From positions 64,001 to 118,948 of the IMG/VR virus record IMGVR_UViG_3300033074_000450: a stretch of DNA of 54,948 nucleotides; one strand, given 5' to 3'. This document shows positions 54,852-54,948 of the stretch, piece by piece. Under the pieces are notes generated by a model. The model saw only the letters and a program-made list of their open reading frames with translations, was not told where the DNA came from and searched no databases. Each line of letters begins with the position of its first letter. Position 1 is the first letter of the stretch. The stretch is from a virus (lineage: Duplodnaviria > Heunggongvirae > Uroviricota > Caudoviricetes). Both the position numbers and the translations under genes were made by a program.

Positions 54852-54948
54852 ATGAAGACACGAAGACAGAGTAATGAAGAGTTAGAAAGTAGTTTTAGTA
54901 TTCTAGAATCTAGCGTTTCTGAATTAGAGAATGAATCTTATTCAGACT
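54852..54948 (+). CDS. Start of a 3'-truncated ORF
   Basis: ATG 54852 just after TAA; open to the window end. Confidence 0.45.
   Translation, partial: MKTRRQSNEELESSFSILESSVSELENESYSD

Noticed and set aside
1-54948. Stop-codon recoding
   Set aside because: Genes are full length and tightly packed under the standard code, and all three stops terminate genes.
1-54948. CRISPR array, DGR, integrase/IS or self-splicing intron
   Set aside because: No repeat-spacer array, reverse transcriptase, recombinase, transposase or interrupted gene recognised by eye; a computational scan could still find subtle cases.

Overview
A 55-kb internal segment of a large lytic myovirus genome; no host housekeeping operons are visible. 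It begins inside the major capsid protein gene and ends in the tail-fibre cluster. The structural genes resemble the SPO1/Twort-like (Herelleviridae-type) set: MCP, head-tail adaptor, neck, sheath, tube, two chaperones, tape measure, hub, spike, LysM/gp25 fusion, baseplate J- and I-like proteins and fibres. Exported accessory proteins and a proteobacterial-style RpoD suggest a diderm host, possibly Bdellovibrionota or delta-type (inference only). Non-structural cassettes interrupt the structural run: (i) RNA ligase 2, nucleotidase, GNAT, exonuclease, AAA ATPase, peptide deformylase; (ii) a secreted subtilase with other exported proteins; (iii) a PD-(D/E)xK nuclease; (iv) DNA ligase and a CYTH enzyme; (v) an RpoD-like sigma. 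Two systems stand out. First, putative capsid-packaged cargo proteins punctuated by hydrophobic-x-K|S/A protease-site motifs, including a Nudix+LPD1 polyvalent protein and a T3-like SAM lyase that share a leader module. Second, two promoter classes: -35/-10 sites before accessory genes and -35-less TGRTATAAT sites before structural genes, alongside a phage sigma70 with an insertion in its -35-reading helix-turn-helix. All family calls come from motif recognition by eye; no searches were run.
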